NCBI GenBank assembly: GCA_042090795.1
Contig: JBELIQ010000013.1
Coordinates: 7,780-71,779, forward strand
Length of the DNA stretch: 64,000 bases
Reading direction: 5' to 3'
Source of the DNA: Blastococcus sp.
GTDB taxonomy: Bacteria > Actinomycetota > Actinomycetes > Mycobacteriales > Geodermatophilaceae
Made by a program: the position numbers and the translations under genes. Numbering within the stretch: position 1 is the stretch's first letter; every line of letters starts with the position of its first letter. This document shows, one piece after another, positions 1 to 10,355 of the stretch. The notes under the pieces were generated by a model. The model was not told where the DNA came from. It saw only the letters and a list, made by a program, of their open reading frames with translations, and did not search any database.

Positions 1-14
1 GCAGGCAGGTCCTT

Positions 15-1511
<1,497 letters not shown>

Positions 1512-1683
1512 GAAAGCTCCAGGTGGTGCCCGGCAGCTGGCCGGGCGATGCAGTCGGATGCAGGGTCGCTTCGATCCCCGGAACCGGGGAGAGCGAGCAT
1601 GCCGAGGCTTCGGCGGGGCTCGTGCCGTTCCCCACGATAGGCGCTCACCCGCCGTCCCGTCGCCCTCCGGTCACCCCGGCGGG

Positions 1684-2838
1684 TCAGGACTCGCAGCCGA
1701 CCCCGTCCCCGTCGCGGTCGAACGTGGCCTGGAATCCCGGGTCACCGACCCGGATGGGCGCCGCGCCCGCGGCCTCGACCGCGGTGCAGTTGGCGTACGA
1801 CGCCGACGGGGCAGGTGCGGGAGCCGGGGCCGGTACGGGTGCGGGTGCCGGTGCCGGTGCAGCTCGGGGGGCCGGGGCCGGGGCCGGGGCGGGGGCCGGT
1901 GCAGGGGCAGGGGCAGGGGCCGGCGTCGGCGGGCGCTGCGGCAGGACGGCGACCACTCCCCCGGGCAGCGGCTCGGCCGGGCACGAGCTGAGCACCGTCG
2001 CCATGGAGTTCCGCTCGGCCTCGGTGACCCACGCGCCGTAACGCAGCTTCACGGCGACCTGCCGGGCGACGTAGACGCAGCGGAAGGACCTCGCTGGTGG
2101 CAACCAGGTGGCGGCGTCACCGTCGCCCTTCTGCATGTTGAGCGGGCCGTCGACGGCGAGCAGGTTGAGCGGGTCGTTGGCGAACTGCTCGCGCCGGTCG
2201 TCGTCCCACTGCTGGGCGCCCTTCTGCCAGGCGTCCGACAGCGCGACCACGTGATCGATCTGGACGTCGCTGCTGGTGTCCTGGCCGCGCTGGAAGGCGA
2301 TGGTGCGTCCCGAGTACGGGTCGGCGAGCGTGCCGGTGAGGACCACGCAGTCGCGGGTGCCCGGCTTGAAGGTCTCGGCGGTCAGGTCCCGGGCCAGCAC
2401 GTCGTTCCGGGTGTCGCAGCCGTTGCGGTCCGTGTCCACCCAGCCGCTGCCGAACAGGTCCCGGTCGTACCCGGTGCGCGGCGCCCGGCCCTTGACCTCC
2501 AGCGCGGCGAGGGCGGCCAGAGCGGAGGTCGGCGCGGCGGCGCCGACCACGGCGTCGGCCGACTCGTCGTTCAGCGCGCCGGCGGACCCGGCCATCCGGT
2601 CCGCCTCGAGCTCCGCCTCCGCCGTCTCCTCCTCGGCGAGGGCGGCCTCGGCAGCCGCGGCGGCCGCCTCCGCCTCCGCCGCGCTCAGCGACTCCCCGGC
2701 CCCGTCGACGGCGGCGGCCTCCGACGGTGCAGCCGCCGGGCCCGCCTCGCCGCACCCGGCCAGCAGGGCCACCGCGACCAGCGGGACGAGCGTCGCCCGC
2801 GCGAGCCGACGGGTGCGGACCAACGGGCGAGCGGACAC
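1684..2838 (-). CDS. Lipoprotein: DUF1524/HNH-like nuclease domain, PA linker and Excalibur Ca-binding domain
   Basis: GTG start at 2838 after a G-rich SD; lipobox LLAGC; QIDHVVALSDAW...NDPLNLLAVDG...KGD; C-terminal YANC...DRDGDGVGCE. Confidence 0.85.
   Translation of the reverse strand: MSARPLVRTRRLARATLVPLVAVALLAGCGEAGPAAAPSEAAAVDGAGESLSAAEAEAAAAAAEAALAEEETAEAELEADRMAGSAGALNDESADAVVGAAAPTSALAALAALEVKGRAPRTGYDRDLFGSGWVDTDRNGCDTRNDVLARDLTAETFKPGTRDCVVLTGTLADPYSGRTIAFQRGQDTSSDVQIDHVVALSDAWQKGAQQWDDDRREQFANDPLNLLAVDGPLNMQKGDGDAATWLPPARSFRCVYVARQVAVKLRYGAWVTEAERNSMATVLSSCPAEPLPGGVVAVLPQRPPTPAPAPAPAPAPAPAPAPAPRAAPAPAPAPVPAPAPAPAPSASYANCTAVEAAGAAPIRVGDPGFQATFDRDGDGVGCES
1808..1923 (-). repeat. 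Low-complexity (Pro-Ala)n coding repeat
   Basis: Degenerate 6-bp units encoding PAPAPA... Confidence 0.9.
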
Positions 2839-2972
2839 GACATTTCCCCCAGGGCGAGACGACAGCGCCCGGAACCTAGGCCGGCGCGTCGCTCCCCCGG
2901 TGCCGCGACACGCAGGGCGCGGCCATGCCTCCGGCGGAGGCGTTCGGGTGGAGGGCCGTCGGGTGGTGGCCC

Positions 2973-4148
2973 TCAGGAGAGGTTGGTGGTCACCCGGTAG
3001 AGGACGGCGGGCCCGCGGGCGCTGACCGGGGTGCCCGCCGGCACGAACGCCGACGCCCCCTGGTGCAGGGTCAGCTCCTCCGCGGCGGACGAGACGACGG
3101 CGGTGCCCTCGGTGCACAGCAGCAGCTGCGGCCCCCGGGTGGTGAGCGTGCCCACCTGGTCGCCGAGCCGGCAGTGGGTGAGGTCGAACTCCTCGACCGG
3201 GACCGGGTAGCGCAGGCCGCCGGGGCCGAGGACCGGGTGCAGCACCGGAACGCGCCCGTCGGTGAAGTCGAGCACCTCGATCAGCGCCGCGAGGTCCACG
3301 TGCTTCCCGGTCAGGCCGCCGCGGAGCACGTTGTCGGAGCTGGCCATCACCTCGACGCCGGCGCCGGACAGGTAGGCGTGCAGGTTCCCCGCCGGCAGGA
3401 ACACCGCCTCACCGGGGGCCAGCCTCAGGTGGTTGCACAGCAGCGAGATGACCACGCCCGGATCGCCGGGGTAGGTCTCGGCCAGCGCCGCCGCCCAGCG
3501 GTAGGTGTTGATGAACTCCGGGTCGTGCGCCGCGACGAACCCGGCCGCTGCCCGGGCCACCTCGGTGACCAGGACGTCCCGCTGCTCGGGGGGCAGGGCC
3601 AGCAGCTGCGGGATGGCCGAGCGCAGCCCCCCGCGGGCCAGGGCGGCGATCGTCGGCTTGAGCTCCGGCACCTGCAGCTTGGCCAGGCAGTGCAGGGACT
3701 CCTCCACCGGGCGGAAGCCGCAGAGCGCCTCGACGGGGGTCAGCGCCACGAGCATCTCGGGCTTGTGGAACGGGTCGCGGAAGGTGCGCGTCGGGTCGTC
3801 GCGCGGCACACCGGCCGCCTCCTCGGCGGCGAATCCCGCCTCGGCCTGCGCGGTGGTGGGGTGCGCCTGCAGCGAGACCGGCTTCTCGGCGGCCAGCACC
3901 TTCATCAGGAAGGGCAGGCGGACGCCGAACCGCTCGAGGACATCGGCGCCCAGCAGCAGCTCCGGTTCGGTGGCGATGGCCTTGTCCAGCGGCACGCCGT
4001 CGGAGCGCACGCTGGGCTCGTCGGGGTGGGCGCCCATCCACAGCTCCGCGTGCGGGCGGTCAGCGGGCGAGGGCGCCCCGATCAGCTCCGGAATGACGGT
4101 GTGGGAACCCCACGGGTAGTGACGCACCGCATTCTGAAGCAGCCACAT
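2973..4148 (-). CDS. manA: Mannose-6-phosphate isomerase, class I
   Basis: YPWGS, AELWMGAHP, SLQAHP, HKPEM, HAYLSG and SDNVLRGGLT motifs. Confidence 0.96.
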   Translation of the reverse strand: MWLLQNAVRHYPWGSHTVIPELIGAPSPADRPHAELWMGAHPDEPSVRSDGVPLDKAIATEPELLLGADVLERFGVRLPFLMKVLAAEKPVSLQAHPTTAQAEAGFAAEEAAGVPRDDPTRTFRDPFHKPEMLVALTPVEALCGFRPVEESLHCLAKLQVPELKPTIAALARGGLRSAIPQLLALPPEQRDVLVTEVARAAAGFVAAHDPEFINTYRWAAALAETYPGDPGVVISLLCNHLRLAPGEAVFLPAGNLHAYLSGAGVEVMASSDNVLRGGLTGKHVDLAALIEVLDFTDGRVPVLHPVLGPGGLRYPVPVEEFDLTHCRLGDQVGTLTTRGPQLLLCTEGTAVVSSAAEELTLHQGASAFVPAGTPVSARGPAVLYRVTTNLS

Positions 4149-4157
4149 CGGCTCAGG

Positions 4158-6002
4158 CTAACGCCCCGGTCCTGCCCCCGAACCTCCCGTCGGGACGGCG
4201 AGGTCCTCCCGCTGCCCGGTTTCCCCCCGTCCGGGTGAGGTCACGCCGGCACGCACGTCGGCCGCGCCGAGCCGTGCGGCGTCGGCGGTCCGGTCGTCGG
4301 GCATCCGCTGCGACTCCCGTTCGGCGTCCACCCGGGCGGTGTAGTGGGCGACCTCCCGGGCGGTGCGCTCCTCGTCCCAGCCCAGCTCCCGGCCCATCAG
4401 CGCGGCGACCCGGGGCGCGGTCTCCACGCCACGGTGCGCCGTCTCGATGGAGATCCGGGTGCGCCGGGTCAGCACGTCGTCGAGGTGCAGCGCGCCCTCG
4501 GCGGTGACCGCGTGCACGACCTCCGCGGCGAGGTAGTCCGGAGCGCCGGGCAGCGGCTGCGCCAGCTCGGGGTCGCCGGCGGCGAGGGCCAGCAGGTCCG
4601 GGGTGCGGTCGCCGTGCCGGTGCAGCAGCCGCTCGACCGCCGCGTCGGGCAGCCCGGCGCCGGCCGCCAGCGCGGCGGCGCTGTCGCGCACCTGGTTCCA
4701 GCGGTGCGCCCCGACCAGCGGTAGCCGGGCCGTCCGGGACGCCGGCACCCCGGGCAGCCCCGCCACGGCGGCGTCGACGGCGTCCTCGGCCATGACCCGG
4801 TAGGTCGTGTACTTGCCGCCCGCCACCAGGACCAGGCCCGGCACCGGGGTGACGACGGCGTGCTCGCGGGAGAGCCGGCTGGTCTCGTCGGACTCCCCGG
4901 CCAGCAGCGGCCGCAGCCCGGCGTACACGCCGAGGATCTGGTCGGCGGTGACCGGCCGCACCAGCACCCGGTTGACCTGGTCGAGCAGGTAGGCGATGTC
5001 GGCGCTGCTGGCCGCCGGGTGGTCGCGGTCGAGCTTCCACGGGGTGTCGGTGGTGCCGACGATCCACTGCTCGCCCCACGGGATCACGAACAGCACGCTG
5101 GTCGGGGTGCGCAGGATCAGCCCGTCCGAGGTCCCGCCCGCCGCGGCCAGCGAGCCGCCGTCGATGGCCGAGCGCGGCACGACCAGGTGCACGCCCTTGG
5201 AGGCGCGCACCCGGAGGTCCGGTGCGGCGTCCCCGAGCATGGTGCCGATGTCGTCGCTCCACACGCCCGTGGCCGCCACGACGCTGCGCGCCCGGACCGT
5301 GAACGAGGAGCCGTCGATGAGGTCGGCGACGCGCACTCCCACGACGGCGGCATCCGGCCCGTCTCCGTCGCGCAGCAGGCCGGTGACCCGCGCGCTGGAG
5401 AGGACCCGGGCGCCGTAGCCGGCGGCCGTGCGGACGACGGCCAGCGTGTGCCGGGCGTCGTCGACCTGTGCGTCCCAGTAGCGGATGGCCCCGCGCACGG
5501 CGTCGCGGCGCAGGCCCGGGAACGCCTCCAGGGTCGCGGTGCGGGAGAGGTGCCGGTGCCGGGGTATCGGCCGGTTGCGGGTGAAGGCGGCCCCGAGGAC
5601 GTCGTAGAGCGCGACACCGGCACCGAAGTAGGCGCGCTGCCAGACCGGTGAGGTCAGCGGCAGCAGGAAGGGCAGCGGCCGCACCAGGTGCGGCGCGATC
5701 GTCTGCACCAGCCGGGCGCGCTCGTGCAGGGCCTCGTGCACCAGGGGGAAGGCCAGCTGCTCGAGGTAGCGCAGCCCGCCGTGGATGAGCTTGCTGGAGC
5801 GGCTGGAGGTGCCCGCCGCGAAGTCCCGTGCCTCCAGCAGCGCCACCGTCAGCCCCCGGGCCGCCGCGTCCAGCGCGGCGCCGGCACCGGTGACCCCGCC
5901 ACCGATGACGAGCACGTCGACGACCTCGCCGTCCAGCCGGGCACGGTCGGCACGCCGCCGGGCCGGGGAGAGCAGCGTCCGGTCGGTCATCCCCGCGTCC
6001 AT
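4158..6002 (-). CDS. glpD: FAD-dependent glycerol-3-phosphate dehydrogenase/oxidase
   Basis: VIGGGVTGAG, GTSSRSSKLIHGGLRYLE, GLRPL and GGKYTTYR motifs; start at ATG 6002 (alternative 5990). Confidence 0.93.
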   Translation of the reverse strand: MDAGMTDRTLLSPARRRADRARLDGEVVDVLVIGGGVTGAGAALDAAARGLTVALLEARDFAAGTSSRSSKLIHGGLRYLEQLAFPLVHEALHERARLVQTIAPHLVRPLPFLLPLTSPVWQRAYFGAGVALYDVLGAAFTRNRPIPRHRHLSRTATLEAFPGLRRDAVRGAIRYWDAQVDDARHTLAVVRTAAGYGARVLSSARVTGLLRDGDGPDAAVVGVRVADLIDGSSFTVRARSVVAATGVWSDDIGTMLGDAAPDLRVRASKGVHLVVPRSAIDGGSLAAAGGTSDGLILRTPTSVLFVIPWGEQWIVGTTDTPWKLDRDHPAASSADIAYLLDQVNRVLVRPVTADQILGVYAGLRPLLAGESDETSRLSREHAVVTPVPGLVLVAGGKYTTYRVMAEDAVDAAVAGLPGVPASRTARLPLVGAHRWNQVRDSAAALAAGAGLPDAAVERLLHRHGDRTPDLLALAAGDPELAQPLPGAPDYLAAEVVHAVTAEGALHLDDVLTRRTRISIETAHRGVETAPRVAALMGRELGWDEERTAREVAHYTARVDAERESQRMPDDRTADAARLGAADVRAGVTSPGRGETGQREDLAVPTGGSGAGPGR

Positions 6003-6021
6003 GCCCCCCACTGTCCCCTGC

Positions 6022-6978
6022 TCAGTGCCCTCCGGCACCGCTCCCGGCATCCGCCGTGCGCCGGTGGACCGTGAGGGTCATCACCAGCACCACCACCGCG
6101 CCGACCACCAGCCCCAGCAGCGCGCTGCCCAGCGTGTTGACCAGCCAGCCCACGACCCCGCCGAGGGCACCGGTCGCGTCGTGGGCCGCCTCCTCGAGGT
6201 GGTGCACGAACTCGTAGAGCGGGGAGAACCCCAGCTCGTCGGTGCCCAGCAGGATGATGTGCCCGCCGACCCAGAGCATGGCGGCGGTGCCGACCACGGT
6301 GAGGGCGCTCAGGAGCTTGGGCATCCCCTTGACCAGACCGCGGCCCAGGGCGGCGACGCGCGTGCCGGGGCGCCGGGCGAGACTCAGCCCGATGTCGTCC
6401 ATCTTCACGATCAGGCCGACGACGCCGTACACCAGCACGGTGATGCCCAGCGCGACGACGACCAGGATGACCGCGCGCGACAGGAACGCCTCGTCGGCCA
6501 CCTCGTTGAGGCTGATCACCATGATCTCGGCGGACAGGATGAAGTCGGTGCGCACCGCCCCGCTCACGATGGTCTTCTCGTCGGGCAGCGCGTCCTCCAC
6601 CGTGGCGTGCTGCTCGGCGTGGCCGCTGAAGCGGTGCCAGATCTTCTCCGCTCCCTCGTAGCAGAGGTAGGCGCCGCCGATCATCAGGATCGGGGTGAGC
6701 AGGAAGTCGAGGAACTGGCTGAGCAGCAGGATCGCCGGGACGATGATCAGCAGCTTGTTGCGCAGCGAGCCCAGCGCGATCTTGCGGATGATCGGCAGCT
6801 CGCGGTCGGCGTTGAGCCCGTGCACGTACTGCGGGGTGACCGCGGTGTCGTCGATGACGACGCCGGCGGCCTTCATGCTGGCCCGCCCGGCAGCGGCCCC
6901 GATGTCGTCGATCGACGCGGCGGCGGCTCGCGCCAGCACCGCGACGTCGTCCAGCAGGGCTACGAGTCCACCCGCCAC
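6022..6978 (-). CDS. DUF808 family inner-membrane protein
   Basis: MAGGLVALLDD, GVVIDDTAVTP, RTDFILSAEIM, AMLWVGGHI. Confidence 0.9.
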   Translation of the reverse strand: MAGGLVALLDDVAVLARAAAASIDDIGAAAGRASMKAAGVVIDDTAVTPQYVHGLNADRELPIIRKIALGSLRNKLLIIVPAILLLSQFLDFLLTPILMIGGAYLCYEGAEKIWHRFSGHAEQHATVEDALPDEKTIVSGAVRTDFILSAEIMVISLNEVADEAFLSRAVILVVVALGITVLVYGVVGLIVKMDDIGLSLARRPGTRVAALGRGLVKGMPKLLSALTVVGTAAMLWVGGHIILLGTDELGFSPLYEFVHHLEEAAHDATGALGGVVGWLVNTLGSALLGLVVGAVVVLVMTLTVHRRTADAGSGAGGH

Positions 6979-7047
6979 GGGAGGTCCTTTCCGTCGGTCA
7001 GCACGCGTGCCGTACCCATCATGCCGACGCAGAAGCGCCGGACCCGG

Positions 7048-8190
7048 TCACGGCCGGCGTCCCCGCTCGGTGTCCAGCGCCAGCGCCAGGTAGACGGCGG
7101 TGAAATCGGCGACGGCGAGCTGCCGGGCCAGCCGCGGCAGCCGGTCCGAGGACGCCGCCTCGCCGTGCTCGGCCAGGCGGCTGACCGGGACGTTGTGCCG
7201 CGCGGCGGTGCGCAGCACCTCCTCCATCGCGTCGCCGGCCGACCGGGGCTCCCGCTCGCCGGCGCCGTCGTGCCCACCGGCCACGGCATCCCGGATGGTC
7301 AGCAGCCGGAGCCGCCGGCCGGAGTCGTCGGCCCGGTCGCGGAAGAAGTCGTCGCCGTCCTGCGGCGCCAGCGGGCCACCCAGGACGGCGCAGGCCGCGA
7401 CCCGCTGGTCGGGCAGCCGGAAGTCGGTCGCGGGGAGGCCCGCGAGGGTGGCCAGCTGGTCGGCGATGCGGGTCGCCGCCGCACCGGCGAGCGGGCCCTC
7501 GGCGGCGATGACGGGCAGCGAGTCGAGCAGCTCCAGCGCCAGGGTCTTCGCCGGGTTGACGACGGTCTCCCGCGCCGGGCCGCACTCCTGGGCGCTCGCG
7601 TCGAGCGCTGCCGCGATCGCCTCCGGATCGGCCACGCCGCCTGGCAGCAGACCGAGGTCGGAGGCCAGCAGGAGCATCGGTGTCAGCAGCGACCACAGGG
7701 TGGTGTGCTGCACCCGGGAGGCCGGCAGGGCCACGTAGGGCGAACGGGCGACCGAGCAGGCCGCGTGCAGCGGCGCGTCCTCCGCCCCGATGCCCAGCAG
7801 CGAGATGCCGCGGCGGGCGGCCTCGTAGGCCGGACCGACGGCGTAGGTACCGGCTCCGGTGCGGGTCGCGACCACGACGACGTCGCTCGGCCCGGTCCAG
7901 GCAGGCAGCGCCGGCCCCGGCAGGACGTCGACGGTCACCGGACTGGCCGGTCCGAGGAGGGCGCGCAGCACCGAGGCGGCGACGGCGCCCTCGCGGCGGG
8001 CGACGATGACCAGCCCCCGGGGCCGGCCGCCCCCGGTGATCCGCTCCAGCCCGGTCTCCCGGGTCAGGCGCGCGGTCTCCCGCACCTGCGCACCGGCTCC
8101 TGCGACCGCGGGGAGCAGGCCGCGAGGATCACGGGCCCGCATGACCTCGAGGTCGTCGAGGACCTCCTCGGCGAGCTCGGGCGGGATCAT
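7048..8190 (-). CDS. SIS-domain sugar isomerase-like protein (Rv3256c/TobH-like)
   Basis: SIS-like fold with NPAKTLA and LADFTAVYLAL-like segments; syntenic between pmm and manA. Confidence 0.8.
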   Translation of the reverse strand: MIPPELAEEVLDDLEVMRARDPRGLLPAVAGAGAQVRETARLTRETGLERITGGGRPRGLVIVARREGAVAASVLRALLGPASPVTVDVLPGPALPAWTGPSDVVVVATRTGAGTYAVGPAYEAARRGISLLGIGAEDAPLHAACSVARSPYVALPASRVQHTTLWSLLTPMLLLASDLGLLPGGVADPEAIAAALDASAQECGPARETVVNPAKTLALELLDSLPVIAAEGPLAGAAATRIADQLATLAGLPATDFRLPDQRVAACAVLGGPLAPQDGDDFFRDRADDSGRRLRLLTIRDAVAGGHDGAGEREPRSAGDAMEEVLRTAARHNVPVSRLAEHGEAASSDRLPRLARQLAVADFTAVYLALALDTERGRRP

Positions 8191-8405
8191 GCGCCCGCCC
8201 CACCACCCCGGTGACGCGCCTCGTCCAGGAGCAGCACCGGGATGCCGTCGCGCACGGGGAAGGCCCGGTCGCACGAGGTGCAGTGCAGCTCGCTCGCCGC
8301 CTCGTCGACGGTCAGCGGGCTGTGGTCGGGGCTCGGGCAGGCCAGGATGGCCAGCAGCTCGGGGTCCAGCCCCAGCGGTCCCCCGGTCGTCGCGTCGCTC
8401 GTCAT
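8187..8405 (-). CDS. Trm112 family small protein
   Basis: LDPELLAILACP...C..C.RAFPVRDGIPVLLLDEA. Confidence 0.92.
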   Translation of the reverse strand: MTSDATTGGPLGLDPELLAILACPSPDHSPLTVDEAASELHCTSCDRAFPVRDGIPVLLLDEARHRGGGAGA

Positions 8406-9766
8406 GCCCGCACCATCCCCAGTACCTGGTCCCGAAGTTCGGTCATCCGCGCCTCGTCCGGCGCTTCCACGTTCAGCCGCAGCAGCGGCTCGGTGTTGCT
8501 CGCCCGCAGGTTGAACCAGGCGCCGTCGGGCAGCTCGACGGTGAGGCCGTCCAGCTCGTCGATGCCGGCCCCCTCCTGCTCGGCGAACGCCGCGCGCACG
8601 TCGGCCATCCGCGCCGCCGCGTCGTCCACCGTGGAGTTGATCTCCCCGGAGGCCGCGTAGCGCGAGTAGGCGGCGGTGAGCTCCGACAGCGTGCCGGACT
8701 GCTCGCCGAGCGCGGCGAGCACGTGCATGGCCGCGAGCATCCCGGTGTCGGCGCGCCAGAAGTCGCGGAAGTAGTAGTGCGCCGAGTGCTCCCCGCCGAA
8801 GACGGCGTCGGTGCGGGCCATCTCGGCCTTGATGAACGAGTGGCCGACCCGCGTGCGCACCGGCTCGCCGCCGTGCTCGCGGACGATCTCCGGCACGGCC
8901 TTGGAGGTGATCAGGTTGTGGATGATCGTCGTCCCGCGGCCCTTGGCCAGCTCGCGGACGGCGACCAGCGCGGTGACCGCCGAGGGGCTCACCGGCTCGC
9001 CCCGCTCGTCGATGACGAAGACCCGGTCGGCGTCGCCGTCGAAGGCCAGCCCGATGTCGGCGCCGTGCTCGCGCACCGCTGCCTGCAGGTCGACGAGGTT
9101 CGCCGGGTCGAGCGGGTTCGCCTCGTGGTTGGGGAAGGAGCCGTCGAGCTCGAAGTACATCGGCACGACGTCCAGGGGCAGGTCGGCCAGGACGACCGGC
9201 ACGGTGTGCCCGCCCATGCCGTTGCCGGCGTCGACGACGACCTTCAGCGGCCGGCCACCGGACAGGTCGACCAGGCCGCGCAGGTGCGCGGCGTACTCGT
9301 GGATGACGTCCCGCTGGGTGACCGAGCCGACCCGGCCGGGGTCGCGGTCGTAGCCGTCCCGCTCGGCGGAGGCGCGGATGTCGGCCAGGCCGGAGTCCTG
9401 GCCGATCGGTGCCGCGCCGGCGCGGCACATCTTGATGCCGTTGTAGCGGGCCGGGTTGTGGCTGGCGGTGAACATCGCGCCGGGGATGTCGAGCGAGCCG
9501 GAGGCGAAGTACAGCATGTCGGTCGAGCCCAGGCCTGCCTCGACGACGTCCAGCCCCCGGCTGATCACGCCCTCGGCGAAGGCACGGGACAGGGGGACCG
9601 AGGACTCCCGCATGTCGTGGGCGGTGACCACCGACGTGGCGCCGCTCTCGGCGTGGACGAATTCGGCGAACGCGGCGCCGATGGCCCGGGCCACGACCTC
9701 GTCCCACTCGTCGGGGACCACGCCCCGGACGTCGTAGGCCTTGATGATCGATGAGAGGTCAGCCAC
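8402..9766 (-). CDS. manB: Phosphomannomutase/phosphoglucomutase
   Basis: KAYDVRG, FTASHNP, FDGDADR, GEHSAH, RASNTEP. Confidence 0.96.
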   Translation of the reverse strand: MADLSSIIKAYDVRGVVPDEWDEVVARAIGAAFAEFVHAESGATSVVTAHDMRESSVPLSRAFAEGVISRGLDVVEAGLGSTDMLYFASGSLDIPGAMFTASHNPARYNGIKMCRAGAAPIGQDSGLADIRASAERDGYDRDPGRVGSVTQRDVIHEYAAHLRGLVDLSGGRPLKVVVDAGNGMGGHTVPVVLADLPLDVVPMYFELDGSFPNHEANPLDPANLVDLQAAVREHGADIGLAFDGDADRVFVIDERGEPVSPSAVTALVAVRELAKGRGTTIIHNLITSKAVPEIVREHGGEPVRTRVGHSFIKAEMARTDAVFGGEHSAHYYFRDFWRADTGMLAAMHVLAALGEQSGTLSELTAAYSRYAASGEINSTVDDAAARMADVRAAFAEQEGAGIDELDGLTVELPDGAWFNLRASNTEPLLRLNVEAPDEARMTELRDQVLGMVRA

Positions 9767-9784
9767 GCGGAGACCCTATAAGCA

Positions 9785-9881
9785 GAAGGACCCCGTCGCC
9801 CCCCACCCCTCGCACGCTCGGGGCGGGCCCCTGCGACGGCGCCGCCCTCGCAGGCTCGGGGCGAGCCTCCGGACGGGGCCG
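9785..9881 (+). repeat. Nested palindromic repeat element: one full copy (9785-9844) plus a partial tandem copy (9845-9881)
   Basis: GAAGGA-CCCCGTCG...CCCC-TCGCACGCTC-GGGG...CGACGGCG-CCG, followed by TCGCAGGCTC-GGGG...GGACGGGG-CCG. Confidence 0.85.
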
Positions 9882-9902
9882 CCGGAGCTGGGAGAGAGGG
9901 AC

Positions 9903-10256
9903 CTAGGGCAGGTCGGGGAGGACGCGCAGGTGCCCGCGCCGCGTGCCGCGGCCGTCGTCCAGAGGATCGCGCGGCGGCTCCGGGCGGGCGGCCTCGCGGA
10001 CCGCGTCGGCCAGGGCGAGCAGGTCGTCACCGGTCGGCCCGACGTCGTCGAGGTCGATCTCGTGCCGGACGACCTCCCAGCCACGGGGAACGGTCAGCCG
10101 CTCGGCGTGGAACTCGCAGAGGTCGTAGCTGTGCGGCTCCGAGAAGGTCGCCAACGGCCCGACAACGGCCATCGACTCCGCGTACACGTAGGTCAGAGTC
10201 GCCGCTGCCGGTTGCGCGCAGCCGCTGCGCGAGCAGCGACGTGACTGCCTCACCAC
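9903..10256 (-). CDS. DUF3499 domain protein (Rv3258c-like)
   Basis: RRCSRSGC...ATLTYVY...EPHSYDLCEFHA. Confidence 0.92.
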   Translation of the reverse strand: MVRQSRRCSRSGCAQPAAATLTYVYAESMAVVGPLATFSEPHSYDLCEFHAERLTVPRGWEVVRHEIDLDDVGPTGDDLLALADAVREAARPEPPRDPLDDGRGTRRGHLRVLPDLP

Positions 10257-10355
10257 CGGTTCCTCACGCCAGGCACACTAAACCCGCCTGCGGGCCCACC
10301 GCAGCAGGCGCACCGGGATTTCGAGGGCGGCCGCCCCATCCTGCACGATGACCCC

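Noticed and set aside
1512-1650. Canonical SAH or c-di-AMP riboswitch upstream of ahcY
   Set aside because: SAH consensus blocks are not present in the right order. The GGAACCGGGGA resembling c-di-AMP riboswitches is on the antisense strand and lacks the other conserved elements.
4226-4240. 15-bp inverted match to 62945-62959
   Set aside because: At this high GC content many 15-bp matches are expected by chance, and the flanks do not align.
9785-9881. CRISPR array
   Set aside because: Only 1.5 adjacent units, no unique spacers and no cas genes; it fits a REP-like element better.
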